Of a stretch of 64,000 nt of DNA, positions 51,626 through 60,573 are shown in pieces. Each line of letters starts with the position of its first letter. The stretch's first letter is position 1. The position numbers were made by a program, and so were the translations under genes. Under the pieces are notes generated by a model. It worked only from the letters and a program-made list of their open reading frames with translations. It ran no database searches and was not told the DNA's origin. The DNA comes from an uncultured bacterium (GTDB lineage: Bacteria > Acidobacteriota > HRBIN11 > JAKEFK01), in NCBI GenBank assembly GCA_963777505.1, contig CAVZQN010000001.1:288001-352000 (forward strand), read 5' to 3'.

Positions 51626-54600
51626 TTAGAACTGGTACGACAAACCTAATCTGAACTTTCGTGAAGGGCTTGTCAAAGCTGTTACTGTTCCTGGAGAGGA
51701 ATAATAATCAGCATTTGTGGCCACACCTGTATTGAAAATGTTAAAGACATCCAGTGCAACCTGAATGTTTTGCCGACTCCCGAGGTTGAAGTATTTTGCA
51801 AAACGGAGATCGAGAATCGTTGATGAAGGTAGAAAGTTCGGATCATTAGGGTCCTGACCAACCAGAATTGGCGTGCCCGGAGATATTACCGCTCCTGGCG
51901 GAGGAGTTGCAAAGTTCCACGACTGCAGAGTTTGAAAATCCTCCAAGAATAATATCGGTCGGCCTGATTGATAGCGTAAACGCATTCCAAAATCTGCTTC
52001 AATCTTCGGGACTAAATAGGAACCCGAAAATTTGAATTCGTATTTTGGTGTAAACGGAAGCACACCTTCAAGGTTGTTGATCGAAGCGTTCAGGCTGCTG
52101 AAGAAGTTGGTATCAATGATCATCGGACCTTGAATGTTGATATCCTGGAATGGAAAATCTCCGCGATGCGCTATGCCATCAGAGGTTGAGTACAGGAAGG
52201 ATCCAAGCATCTGCGCTCTGGTCGAAAACCGTTTGGAAACTACGAATTGTAACCCATCGTACGTACGCTTTGGGCTAAATCCGTCCATTTCTTCCAGATT
52301 CCTGACCTCGTAATCTACATTGTCGTAGATGAATTGAACGTCGCTACCGTCTACAACACCATCTCCGTTGTAATCTCTTAGCACAATGCTGTAAAGATTG
52401 ACGTTTTGCCCATTGGCCGTTGTATATGGTACGCGCTCATATGCAAAGGGCTCTCCGGAAGCGCGATCCACCGGAATGTTCACAAGAATATTTCCTGTAG
52501 TTTTGTGGAGGTATGTAACCCCAAAAGACATATCCGGCAGAATTTCACGTTCGAAGCCTACAGTGAATTGATCCACATACTGATTCTTTGCATCCGGATT
52601 CACTTGTGCTTCCCAGGAAGCATCCGACGTTCTCCATGTTTCAGAGATAGGCGAAAATCCAGTAAGCAGTCTTGCGGTGTTGGTTACTTCATCTGGATCG
52701 ACAAATCCATCATGATCCACATCCACAACATCCCATGGAATTTCGTAAATCAATCTGCGAATATCGCGTAAAGGTAAGTCAGGACCTAAACGCCGCAAGT
52801 TTTCGAGACCCACAGGCGCGTAGTACCTTCCGTAATTCCCACGAATCACTGTTTTACCATCGCCAGTTACGTCATATGCTGCACCAATACGAGGTGACCA
52901 ATCATTGAATTCGTAAACATTTTCAGTACCCTGCCGGTCTCTGGCGACTTCTAACTGATCAATATCAAAATGGATGGAGTCGGGTTGAACAAATACTTTG
53001 CCGGTTCCATATTGGTTGTTCATGTTGTCAAAGCGTAAACCGAGGTTCAACGTCAAACGTGAATTCACGCTCCACTGATCATCAATGAAGAAACCGGTTT
53101 GTTTGAAACTTCGAGCCGTTTCAAACGGCGGAGTGTGAGTCTCATCCACAAACCACTTCATTCCAGTATCACCGTACCACTCGCCAGCGTACTGAACGCT
53201 TTGTGTATATCGATAAGGATATGCAAAGTTGGCATAGCCACCAAAATATCCACCTAAATCATTTCCACTTCCTGTGGTGAACTGAACGCCGAATTTGATA
53301 TCCTGCTGCCCCAGAAAATCTTCTACATACTGGGTCATATCAGCTTGAATCGTATGACGCTCTGCGTTGTTGGATTCGATATAAGGGAAATGCCCATTTA
53401 CACCAAACTCTTTCCACTTCCACCAATTGATATATCCGGAGTTGTCTGGTGCATTATCTGGAATAAACGGATGAGCCGCGGTCCAGAAACCAAGATATTT
53501 TGCAGTTACGATACTCTTGGCATTAGGGAGCCATTGCCACTGAGTTGAAATCGTATCGTTCTTTGTGTCTGCACCATACGTGAGTGAAGAATCCCACGGA
53601 ACTGCATTTCCCCATGTAGCACCTTCGTTGTCATTTCTCTCGAAATGATACGAAAACCATGCTTCATGATTTTCTGTGGGTACTGCAGAAACTTTAAAAT
53701 CGTAATACTGATCATTATTTTGGAGGAGAACCGGCCAGAGTGGTTCTTTCGTATCTTTGCCGAGTAAATTTACGCCACCAAAAAACCACACACGATCCTT
53801 CGCGATTGGTCCACCTACCGTGAAACTGAATTCGCGATCCCTTTCCGTGCGGCCGATCAAACTCGTAGATGGATCCAGATTGAGCCATTCTTCGCCAAGA
53901 TCATCACCGGCATCCGGTGAGTTGTCATCTGGGTCTCCTAATTGACTGTAGACACTTGCTTCACCGTGATAGGTATTGCTTCCAGATTTTGTTAAAACGT
54001 CTACCGCAACACCTGTCGCACTACCGTATTCCGCTTTCGCACCCAATGCGACAATACGAACTTCTTCAACAGTGTCATAGTTGACATTCACAAGCGATCC
54101 GAAACCGCCACCGCGCGGAGATGTTGCATTCACTCCATTGACAAGGAATGCATTCTCATTCGTACCACTTCCATATGCTGTAGGGCTGGGCAACCATGAA
54201 GAATCTCGACCCGTGTCGAACATGCCTGGAGCAGTCAACGTCAGATCGTACCAAGCATCACGTGCAGTCGGGATTCGGTCAATCATCTCTTCGTTAAAAG
54301 CGGTATTGACCACCGAGTTCTTCGTGTCAACGATTTCCCCTTCAGCCGAAACGGTAATGCTTTCCTCAATCTGACCCATTTGCATTGTGAAATCGATCGT
54401 GACAACTGTATCGGCAGACATATCGACATTGTCACGTACCATTGTTGCAAAATTGGGCCCTGAAGCTGTCACGCGATACGTTCCAATCGGAAGATTGAGA
54501 AAGATGTATGTGCCGCTTTCTGATGTTGTTGTTAATCGTTTGCCGGAAATTAAGGCTTCACTTGTAAGTTCAACCTGAACTCCGGGGATAGGTTCGCCTC

Positions 54601-54730
54601 CCTCATCAGCAATCGTTCCAGTCAGTTTTCCTGTCTGAATCGATTGCGCAGTCAGCGTTCCACCGTTCATAAACAAAACTGTGGTTGCTGCTAGGAGACA
54701 AAGGGAAAAAATAAGGGACCTGCTACTCAT
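51626..54730 (-). CDS. TonB-dependent receptor with N-terminal carboxypeptidase-regulatory-like domain (Oar-like)
   Basis: Signal peptide; GTIADE.G.PIPGV; plug AEYGSATG...TKSGSN; LTLNLGLRFD; C-terminal RLGLSYQF. Confidence 0.9.
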   Translation of the reverse strand: MSSRSLIFSLCLLAATTVLFMNGGTLTAQSIQTGKLTGTIADEGGEPIPGVQVELTSEALISGKRLTTTSESGTYIFLNLPIGTYRVTASGPNFATMVRDNVDMSADTVVTIDFTMQMGQIEESITVSAEGEIVDTKNSVVNTAFNEEMIDRIPTARDAWYDLTLTAPGMFDTGRDSSWLPSPTAYGSGTNENAFLVNGVNATSPRGGGFGSLVNVNYDTVEEVRIVALGAKAEYGSATGVAVDVLTKSGSNTYHGEASVYSQLGDPDDNSPDAGDDLGEEWLNLDPSTSLIGRTERDREFSFTVGGPIAKDRVWFFGGVNLLGKDTKEPLWPVLLQNNDQYYDFKVSAVPTENHEAWFSYHFERNDNEGATWGNAVPWDSSLTYGADTKNDTISTQWQWLPNAKSIVTAKYLGFWTAAHPFIPDNAPDNSGYINWWKWKEFGVNGHFPYIESNNAERHTIQADMTQYVEDFLGQQDIKFGVQFTTGSGNDLGGYFGGYANFAYPYRYTQSVQYAGEWYGDTGMKWFVDETHTPPFETARSFKQTGFFIDDQWSVNSRLTLNLGLRFDNMNNQYGTGKVFVQPDSIHFDIDQLEVARDRQGTENVYEFNDWSPRIGAAYDVTGDGKTVIRGNYGRYYAPVGLENLRRLGPDLPLRDIRRLIYEIPWDVVDVDHDGFVDPDEVTNTARLLTGFSPISETWRTSDASWEAQVNPDAKNQYVDQFTVGFEREILPDMSFGVTYLHKTTGNILVNIPVDRASGEPFAYERVPYTTANGQNVNLYSIVLRDYNGDGVVDGSDVQFIYDNVDYEVRNLEEMDGFSPKRTYDGLQFVVSKRFSTRAQMLGSFLYSTSDGIAHRGDFPFQDINIQGPMIIDTNFFSSLNASINNLEGVLPFTPKYEFKFSGSYLVPKIEADFGMRLRYQSGRPILFLEDFQTLQSWNFATPPPGAVISPGTPILVGQDPNDPNFLPSSTILDLRFAKYFNLGSRQNIQVALDVFNIFNTGVATNADYYSSPGTVTALTSPSRKFRLGLSYQF

Positions 54731-54824
54731 TTGTCACCCCCTGAAGGTGTGGTCTGGTCCGAAACTTTGAATGTTAAAACGGGTGTAAAACTGCAACCAT
54801 ATATATGAAGCAAAAATGTTGTAA

Positions 54825-55673
54825 TTACTTCGCAATGATTACCTCGACACCCGCAGCGTCCAGGGCGTCCAGCATTTCCTGTGGAATGCCCTCGTCGGTT
54901 ATGAGTTTGTGCATCGCATCCAGTTTGCCGATGATCGATAAACTTCGTTGCATAAACTTACTTGAGTCGGCCACAGCAATGACTTCACGCGAAACACGGA
55001 TCATGAGTGCACTCAGTTGTGCTTCAAGTACATCCGGTGTTGTTAAACCAACTTCAGGATCAATACCATCAACACCTAAAAACATGCGGTCTGCATTCAG
55101 ATTGCATAATGCTTGTTCCGCATGAGGTCCAACCATAGAAAGCGCCCCACCACGTAAAAATCCACCAAGCATGATGATTCGTACTTGCGGTAGGTTGGCT
55201 AACAACAGTGCGATGTTTAACGCATTCGTAATCACTGTGAGTGATTCCAAACGCAAATCGGCCACACATTTTGCGACTGCTGCCGTTGTTGTACCGGAAT
55301 CAAAAATGACTGTTTCGCCATCCTGAATCATGTTGGCTGCAATTGCGCCGATGCGCGCTTTTTCGTTTTGACGAACTCTTTCTTTTAGACTGATTGGTAA
55401 ATCAGGCGCGGGGGAAAGTGATTTCACTGCGCCACCATGAGATCGCACAAGCGCTCCCATTTGTGATAACGCTTCAAGATCAGCACGAACAGTAACAGCT
55501 GAAACTGAAAAAATCCCTGATAGTTCGCGGACTGTAACGCGCTTAGATTTATCTAATAAATCAATTATGTGCCTGCGGCGCTCTTCGACAAGCATCCTCT
55601 GTTGATCCTCATTCACTTCAATAAGGGCTGAACTCTGACCTTGCGTTTGGTTTCCGTTTCCGGTCGCTTTCAC
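54825..55673 (-). CDS. DeoR-family regulator, AgaR-like
   Basis: EERRRHI..VSAVTVRADL..RSHGGA, DSGTTT, ITNALNIA, ADSSKF; start may be 55595. Confidence 0.88.
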   Translation of the reverse strand: MKATGNGNQTQGQSSALIEVNEDQQRMLVEERRRHIIDLLDKSKRVTVRELSGIFSVSAVTVRADLEALSQMGALVRSHGGAVKSLSPAPDLPISLKERVRQNEKARIGAIAANMIQDGETVIFDSGTTTAAVAKCVADLRLESLTVITNALNIALLLANLPQVRIIMLGGFLRGGALSMVGPHAEQALCNLNADRMFLGVDGIDPEVGLTTPDVLEAQLSALMIRVSREVIAVADSSKFMQRSLSIIGKLDAMHKLITDEGIPQEMLDALDAAGVEVIIAK

Positions 55674-55743
55674 TTTCGTTCTCTTGCGATTTCTTTCATT
55701 TTATTCAGAAACGAAAGTAAATGTCAATAGATGAAAGTAAAGA
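55667..55743 (-). promoter_or_regulatory. AgaR-type CTTTC operator repeats overlapping a sigma-70 promoter
   Basis: ctttcactttcgtt, ttctttcatttt, and reverse copies aacgaaagtaaa / atgaaagtaaag; minus-strand TTGACA-18-TAAAAT (55727-55698). Confidence 0.62.
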
Positions 55744-55767
55744 CAATTTTATGGGACCCGTGGTTTC

Positions 55768-56262
55768 TTAGAAGGAATAACCGATTGCTGCCGTAGTGGT
55801 CATGAGCGGCTCCCAGCCGAAACGAAATTCTGGTGCTATAAATAGTCTTTTAGTAAGGAAAATTCGTGCACCGATTCCACCATTTGCTGTCAATTCATAA
55901 CTAGAAAATTCATCAATGCCGAAACGCTGGGTATGTCTCAGCAATCCTGCCCCTCCAACAACATAAAAGGTAAATCTTTCCCTGGTAGTCAGATTGTAGA
56001 TAACATTTCCGGTCAAAGTTAAATCTCGATCGGATCTTGGCCCCTTCATATATAGAAACTGTGGTTCCAAACTCAATTTATCACTGATGCGGATTGGGAT
56101 CGATCCTCCCATGATTGAATGATCAAACGGAATATCTTCATCGATAAACGCCGACGTTCCAAAAATGAACTTGCCTTCTAATACATGTGAACTTAACGGT
56201 TCATCGGAAAAAGCGAAGGATGAAAGAGCAATCAAAATGAACGTTAAAACAAATTTCTTCAC
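55768..56262 (-). CDS. Small outer-membrane beta-barrel protein
   Basis: GGAGG RBS and GTG start; signal peptide; YVVGGAG, GGIGARIF, C-terminal IGYSF. Confidence 0.78.
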   Translation of the reverse strand: MKKFVLTFILIALSSFAFSDEPLSSHVLEGKFIFGTSAFIDEDIPFDHSIMGGSIPIRISDKLSLEPQFLYMKGPRSDRDLTLTGNVIYNLTTRERFTFYVVGGAGLLRHTQRFGIDEFSSYELTANGGIGARIFLTKRLFIAPEFRFGWEPLMTTTAAIGYSF

Positions 56263-56399
56263 AAGCGCCTCCGTAAGTTCAAAGCTGTTGAGCAAGTTCG
56301 GTGCCGTTACGCTCTGAGAAGGGAACGAAGAATTATGCTCAATCGTCTTGTATTCCGGATAGTTTCTAATCCCATTTAGATAGTGGAGAGGTAAAGCTC

Positions 56400-57053
56400 A
56401 TGGTAGAAAACTATTGGCGTCCTTCGTTCATTCTCCGGCTTGTCTTGATTTGGCTAACCATTCTCTTTGTTATCGGCTGGCTTCCTATGTTGCGCGGCGC
56501 ATTCGATGGTCCCACATATGAGTGGGGCAATTCATATTTTGGAAAGCAATTTTCAGGCAAAGGGACTGCTGGGGATTACTGGTTTTTGATTGTCCAGGCA
56601 GCACTTGGAATTCTAATCCTTTTTTTAGGTTGGCGAGGCGCACGTCCTCTTTTTCTTGGACTTGCATTGACATATCAGACAATCAGTTTGGTAAATGCGA
56701 TACAAAATTCGATTGCAAATCCTGAACAATATCGATTTCAAGGAGACACACTGGGTGTTGATGTCAATCTTACATGGATTGCGCCAGTACTCTATGTCTT
56801 CTTTTTGTTCTTGACGATTCTTTGGGCTGTGCGCAATGCAAAAATAGATTGGCAAAAACCAGTTGCACCATGGTCAAGCAGAAATACAAAATGGCTTTTG
56901 GGATTGCTAGCACTTCTCCCAGTTCAGTATTATCTTCTCCATTATGGTTCTCCGCCGTCAACTGAAGATAAAATTGGAGTCCTGATTACTATTTTCCAAT
57001 GGTTACTGATTGGAAAAGCATTTAGTGCAAAACCAGAAAAGAACCGGGAATGA
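56400..57053 (+). CDS. Integral membrane hypothetical protein
   Basis: About six hydrophobic segments; RBS GGAGAGG. Confidence 0.7.
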   Translation: MVENYWRPSFILRLVLIWLTILFVIGWLPMLRGAFDGPTYEWGNSYFGKQFSGKGTAGDYWFLIVQAALGILILFLGWRGARPLFLGLALTYQTISLVNAIQNSIANPEQYRFQGDTLGVDVNLTWIAPVLYVFFLFLTILWAVRNAKIDWQKPVAPWSSRNTKWLLGLLALLPVQYYLLHYGSPPSTEDKIGVLITIFQWLLIGKAFSAKPEKNRE

Positions 57054-57941
57054 TTAGATTTCTTATTTCATTGCTTCTTATCACCCAAGTTTTCGCGGCT
57101 GAAGAAAAAACATCTTTGAGTCGCGCAAAGCTTGATGGTGTTGAACTTGAGTATGAAATTCGTGGAACGGGTGAACCAGTTGTATTCGTTCATGGCGGTT
57201 TTTTGTATAACGCGTTCCAGCCCTTGATGGATGATCCCAACCTGACCAAACGTTATCGAATGTTAAATTATCACCGTGTAGGTTATGGTGGGAGCACAAA
57301 TCTTCCGGGCGCAATCAGCATTTCTGATCAAGCCAGGCACTTACGACTCCTGATGCAATCTCTCAAGATTGAACAAGCACACATTGTTGGTCATTCATCA
57401 GGCGGAATGATTGCGCTTCAACTAGCTCTCGATTCACCTGGTTTTGTGAATTCGATCGTGTTACTTGAGTCCGCTCGGCCATCACCGACATCTGACCTTC
57501 AGAAAAAATTTTCCGAAACTGTTGGACAGGTAGCGATGCAAAATTACAAGTCAGGAAATAAAAGCGAAGCTGTCGATATCTGGATGCGAGGTGTGTGTTC
57601 TTCTGATTATCGTAGTGTATCTTGATAAGGCGGCACCGGATGCGTTCGATCAAGCAGTAGGCGGTGCAGATACATTTTTCGGGCAAGAAATGCCAGCGAT
57701 TCGGGAATGGACATTCACAAAAGAGGAAGCAACTCGGATCAAGCAGCCAATTCTCGCAGTACTTGGTGAAAAAAGCATTCCGACTTTTCGTGAACGGCGC
57801 GACTTAATTTTGGGCTGGTTCTCAAACATTGAACCTTATAACCTTCCTAACGCAAACCATCTTTTGCATATTCAAAATCCGAGCGGCGTTGCAACGGCGC
57901 TGACTCAGTTCTTTTCAAAATATCCGATTACAAAAAGGTAA
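57050..57941 (+). CDS. Alpha/beta hydrolase; frameshift near 57620
   Basis: VFVHGG, GHSSGG nucleophile elbow; C-terminal PILAVLGE and ANHLLH in the second frame. Confidence 0.82.
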
Positions 57942-57998
57942 TTTGGGGAACTACCTTGAAACACTCTTCTAGCGTACAATCTGCAAGACATCTACCTT

Positions 57999-59345
57999 AT
58001 GGAAGCAATTCAAACAGAGTCCGAACTAAAAACTGCGTCGAAGCAAAGGCTTTTGCGGATTTTGGGAGTCGGATTTGGAGTTGCAATTCTCGTTGGTGGA
58101 ACAATCGGCGTCGGAATTTTGCGTGCACCGGGTTCGATCGCAAAACAACTTGGAACGCCCTGGCTCATTTATTCGGCTTGGATCGTTGTCAGCATTTACA
58201 CTTTGCTGTGCGCCAACTACATCGCTGAACTTGCAACCATGCTGCCCAAAGCGGGCGGTCCTTATGTATATGCACATCGCGCATATGGAAACTACGGCGG
58301 CTTTCTTGTCGGTTGGAGTGACTGGCTGGGAAATGTCACCCCAATTGCATACCTTCCCATCGCATTTGCAGAATTTTCAACGGGGCTTTTCCCATCCTTA
58401 TCAGGACGCACCCACAATCATTGCAATCGCTGTTTTGATTCTATTTACTGCGTTGAATTGGGCTGGCTTGCGTCTGGGAAGCAACACCCAAAAGTTAATT
58501 AGTTCCATTAAAGCAGTCGCATTGCTGGCTTTCGTAACTGCTATGTTTTGTTTTCGGCGGGCAGAAAACCAATTTCAAGTTCCGCTGTAACGGCTCCTGC
58601 AACTTTTGGCGGACTCTTCCTGGCATTTGCCTTGTCTTTTCAGCTTGTACTCGGAACGTTCGGTGGATGGACTTCTGTGATTTATTTTGCTGAAGAAGAT
58701 AAGAATCCTACACGAAATATTCCCCGTTCATTATTTGGCGGACTTTTATTGGTGATTGCAATTTACATACTTGTTAATGCAGCGTTGATTTATGTGTTGC
58801 CGATTTCAAAACTCGCTGCTTCAACGCTGCCAGCAGCTGATGCAATGGTGCAAATATTTGGAACAAAAGGCGGAACGATCGTAACTGTTTTAGCATTGAT
58901 TTCATTGCTGGGAATTTTAAATGCCGCTTTGATGTTTGTACCCCGGACCCTATTTGCTCTTGGACGTGATGGATTATTTTCCTCAAAAGCAACCACAGTA
59001 AATAAAGGTGGAACACCAACTTTTGCCCTCGCAGTTACGGTCTTGTTAGCAATTTTACTGATCGCGACGGGCACATTCGAAAAACTATTTACAATTTATG
59101 CATTCTTTGCAACCGCTAACAACGTTCTGTTGATCGGATCGCTCTTCATTTTAAGAAAACGCGAACCGGATTTGCCACGGCCATTTAAGACATGGGCTTA
59201 TCCGTATATGCCGTTGCTGTTGATGGCTGTATCAATCATTCTTTTCATAAGCTTTGTTATCAGCGATTTCAAGAATGCTGCTTACGTTCTCATCCTGATC
59301 GCAGCGAGCCTTCCTCTTTATTTTTTACTGTTCAAAAAGCGGTAA
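57999..59345 (+). CDS. APC-family amino acid permease; frameshifts near 58408 and 58550
   Basis: GGTIGVGI..PG, AELATMLP.AGG.Y.Y, FGGW....FAEE.KNP.RNIPR, RKREPDLPRPFK..YP. Confidence 0.85.
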
Positions 59346-59347
59346 AA

Positions 59348-60454
59348 CTATTTTGGACGCGGGTCTTCTAGGTCTGCGTCAGACCTTTTATATTTACCGT
59401 TTCGGATTTGGCGAACCATTTTGACTAAAGATAGAGCTCGATTCTTTACTTCGGTTTGAAAATCTTTATCAAGGTCGAGATCATCGTGGCTTGTTGCATA
59501 AGGTTTGTAGTAGCCAACATAGCGGCCTAAGCCAGCATCCGGGCTTACAGGAATCAATTGCATGTCAGTCAACCAATCGACTAAATTTCGCTCAAGATTT
59601 TCAACTCCGGCTGCATCCCCATGAACGATAACGGCGAATGCTCTACCTGCGAGATGTTTCGGATAGGGCCAGCCTTTCAGTTCCAGCTTTTTTGCAAGCT
59701 CAGGACCCTTCCACCGCGTTGTTGTAGGATCAGGATTTCCGCCATCAGCACAAACGAGTCGATCTATCATGAGTTTGAGTGCGCTTGGAGATTGATACCA
59801 GTGCACCGGACATACAATTAGTACTCCGTGTGCCGAAACCCACCGCGGATAAATCTCATTCATCCAATCTCCAACTTGCCCCAATGCATGATTCGGGTAA
59901 CAGGAACAGGGCCAGTGACAAAGCGGCATCGCTGTTGAAACGCAAGCTTTACAGGGATAAATAACTCTTCCATATTCGGATGCCAAACGGGATAAATCGA
60001 GAACGTCTACTTCGAAGTTTGATTCTTTTTCAATTGCTTTTCTCGCGATTTCCACAAGGCGCCATGTCTTTGACATTTCACCCGGACATGTTTGATCACT
60101 CCGTGGCGCTCCGTTAATTACTAGAATGCGTGATCGTGATTTTCGACCGCGATGATTCCGTTCTGCTTTCTGAATTTGCCTGCGTGTTTCCAACCATTCA
60201 ACAGGCAATGGAAACTCAGGATCTGAAAATCCTTTTCCCGCGTTCTTCTTTCGTGGATTTTTTCGAGATTCAGAGTAACCTTCCCAAGCAATTTCAAAAA
60301 GAACGTCAATTTCCTTTTTCGCTGAATCGAATGCGGGATCATAAAAGCGCTGCAAAAAGCGCTCGCGATATTCATCTTTAGTAAGCCGAACAGACTTCAT
60401 GCCAGTTACAACGCGTGGTTTGTTTTTCTTGTCAGTCATTAAGCTATTCTCCAT
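59348..60454 (-). CDS. Flavodoxin-like / iron-sulfur flavoprotein (NADPH-dependent FMN reductase family)
   Basis: PCKACVSTAMPLCHWPCSCYP, PVHWYQSPSALKLMIDRL, YVGYY.PYATSH. Confidence 0.85.
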   Translation of the reverse strand: MENSLMTDKKNKPRVVTGMKSVRLTKDEYRERFLQRFYDPAFDSAKKEIDVLFEIAWEGYSESRKNPRKKNAGKGFSDPEFPLPVEWLETRRQIQKAERNHRGRKSRSRILVINGAPRSDQTCPGEMSKTWRLVEIARKAIEKESNFEVDVLDLSRLASEYGRVIYPCKACVSTAMPLCHWPCSCYPNHALGQVGDWMNEIYPRWVSAHGVLIVCPVHWYQSPSALKLMIDRLVCADGGNPDPTTTRWKGPELAKKLELKGWPYPKHLAGRAFAVIVHGDAAGVENLERNLVDWLTDMQLIPVSPDAGLGRYVGYYKPYATSHDDLDLDKDFQTEVKNRALSLVKMVRQIRNGKYKRSDADLEDPRPK

Positions 60455-60495
60455 TGATCAATATATTCTGAGGAAATCAAAAGTCGTACAGAGGA

Positions 60496-60521
60496 GCAGG
60501 CAAGATACCTGCGTTACAAAT
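60496..60521. repeat. REP-like element
   Basis: gcaggcaagatacctgcgttacaaat, similar to 35875-35900. Confidence 0.65.
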
Positions 60522-60573
60522 CTCAAATCATCTCGCGCTCCCTAGCTCTCGAATGTGATAATGTTTTATTTGC

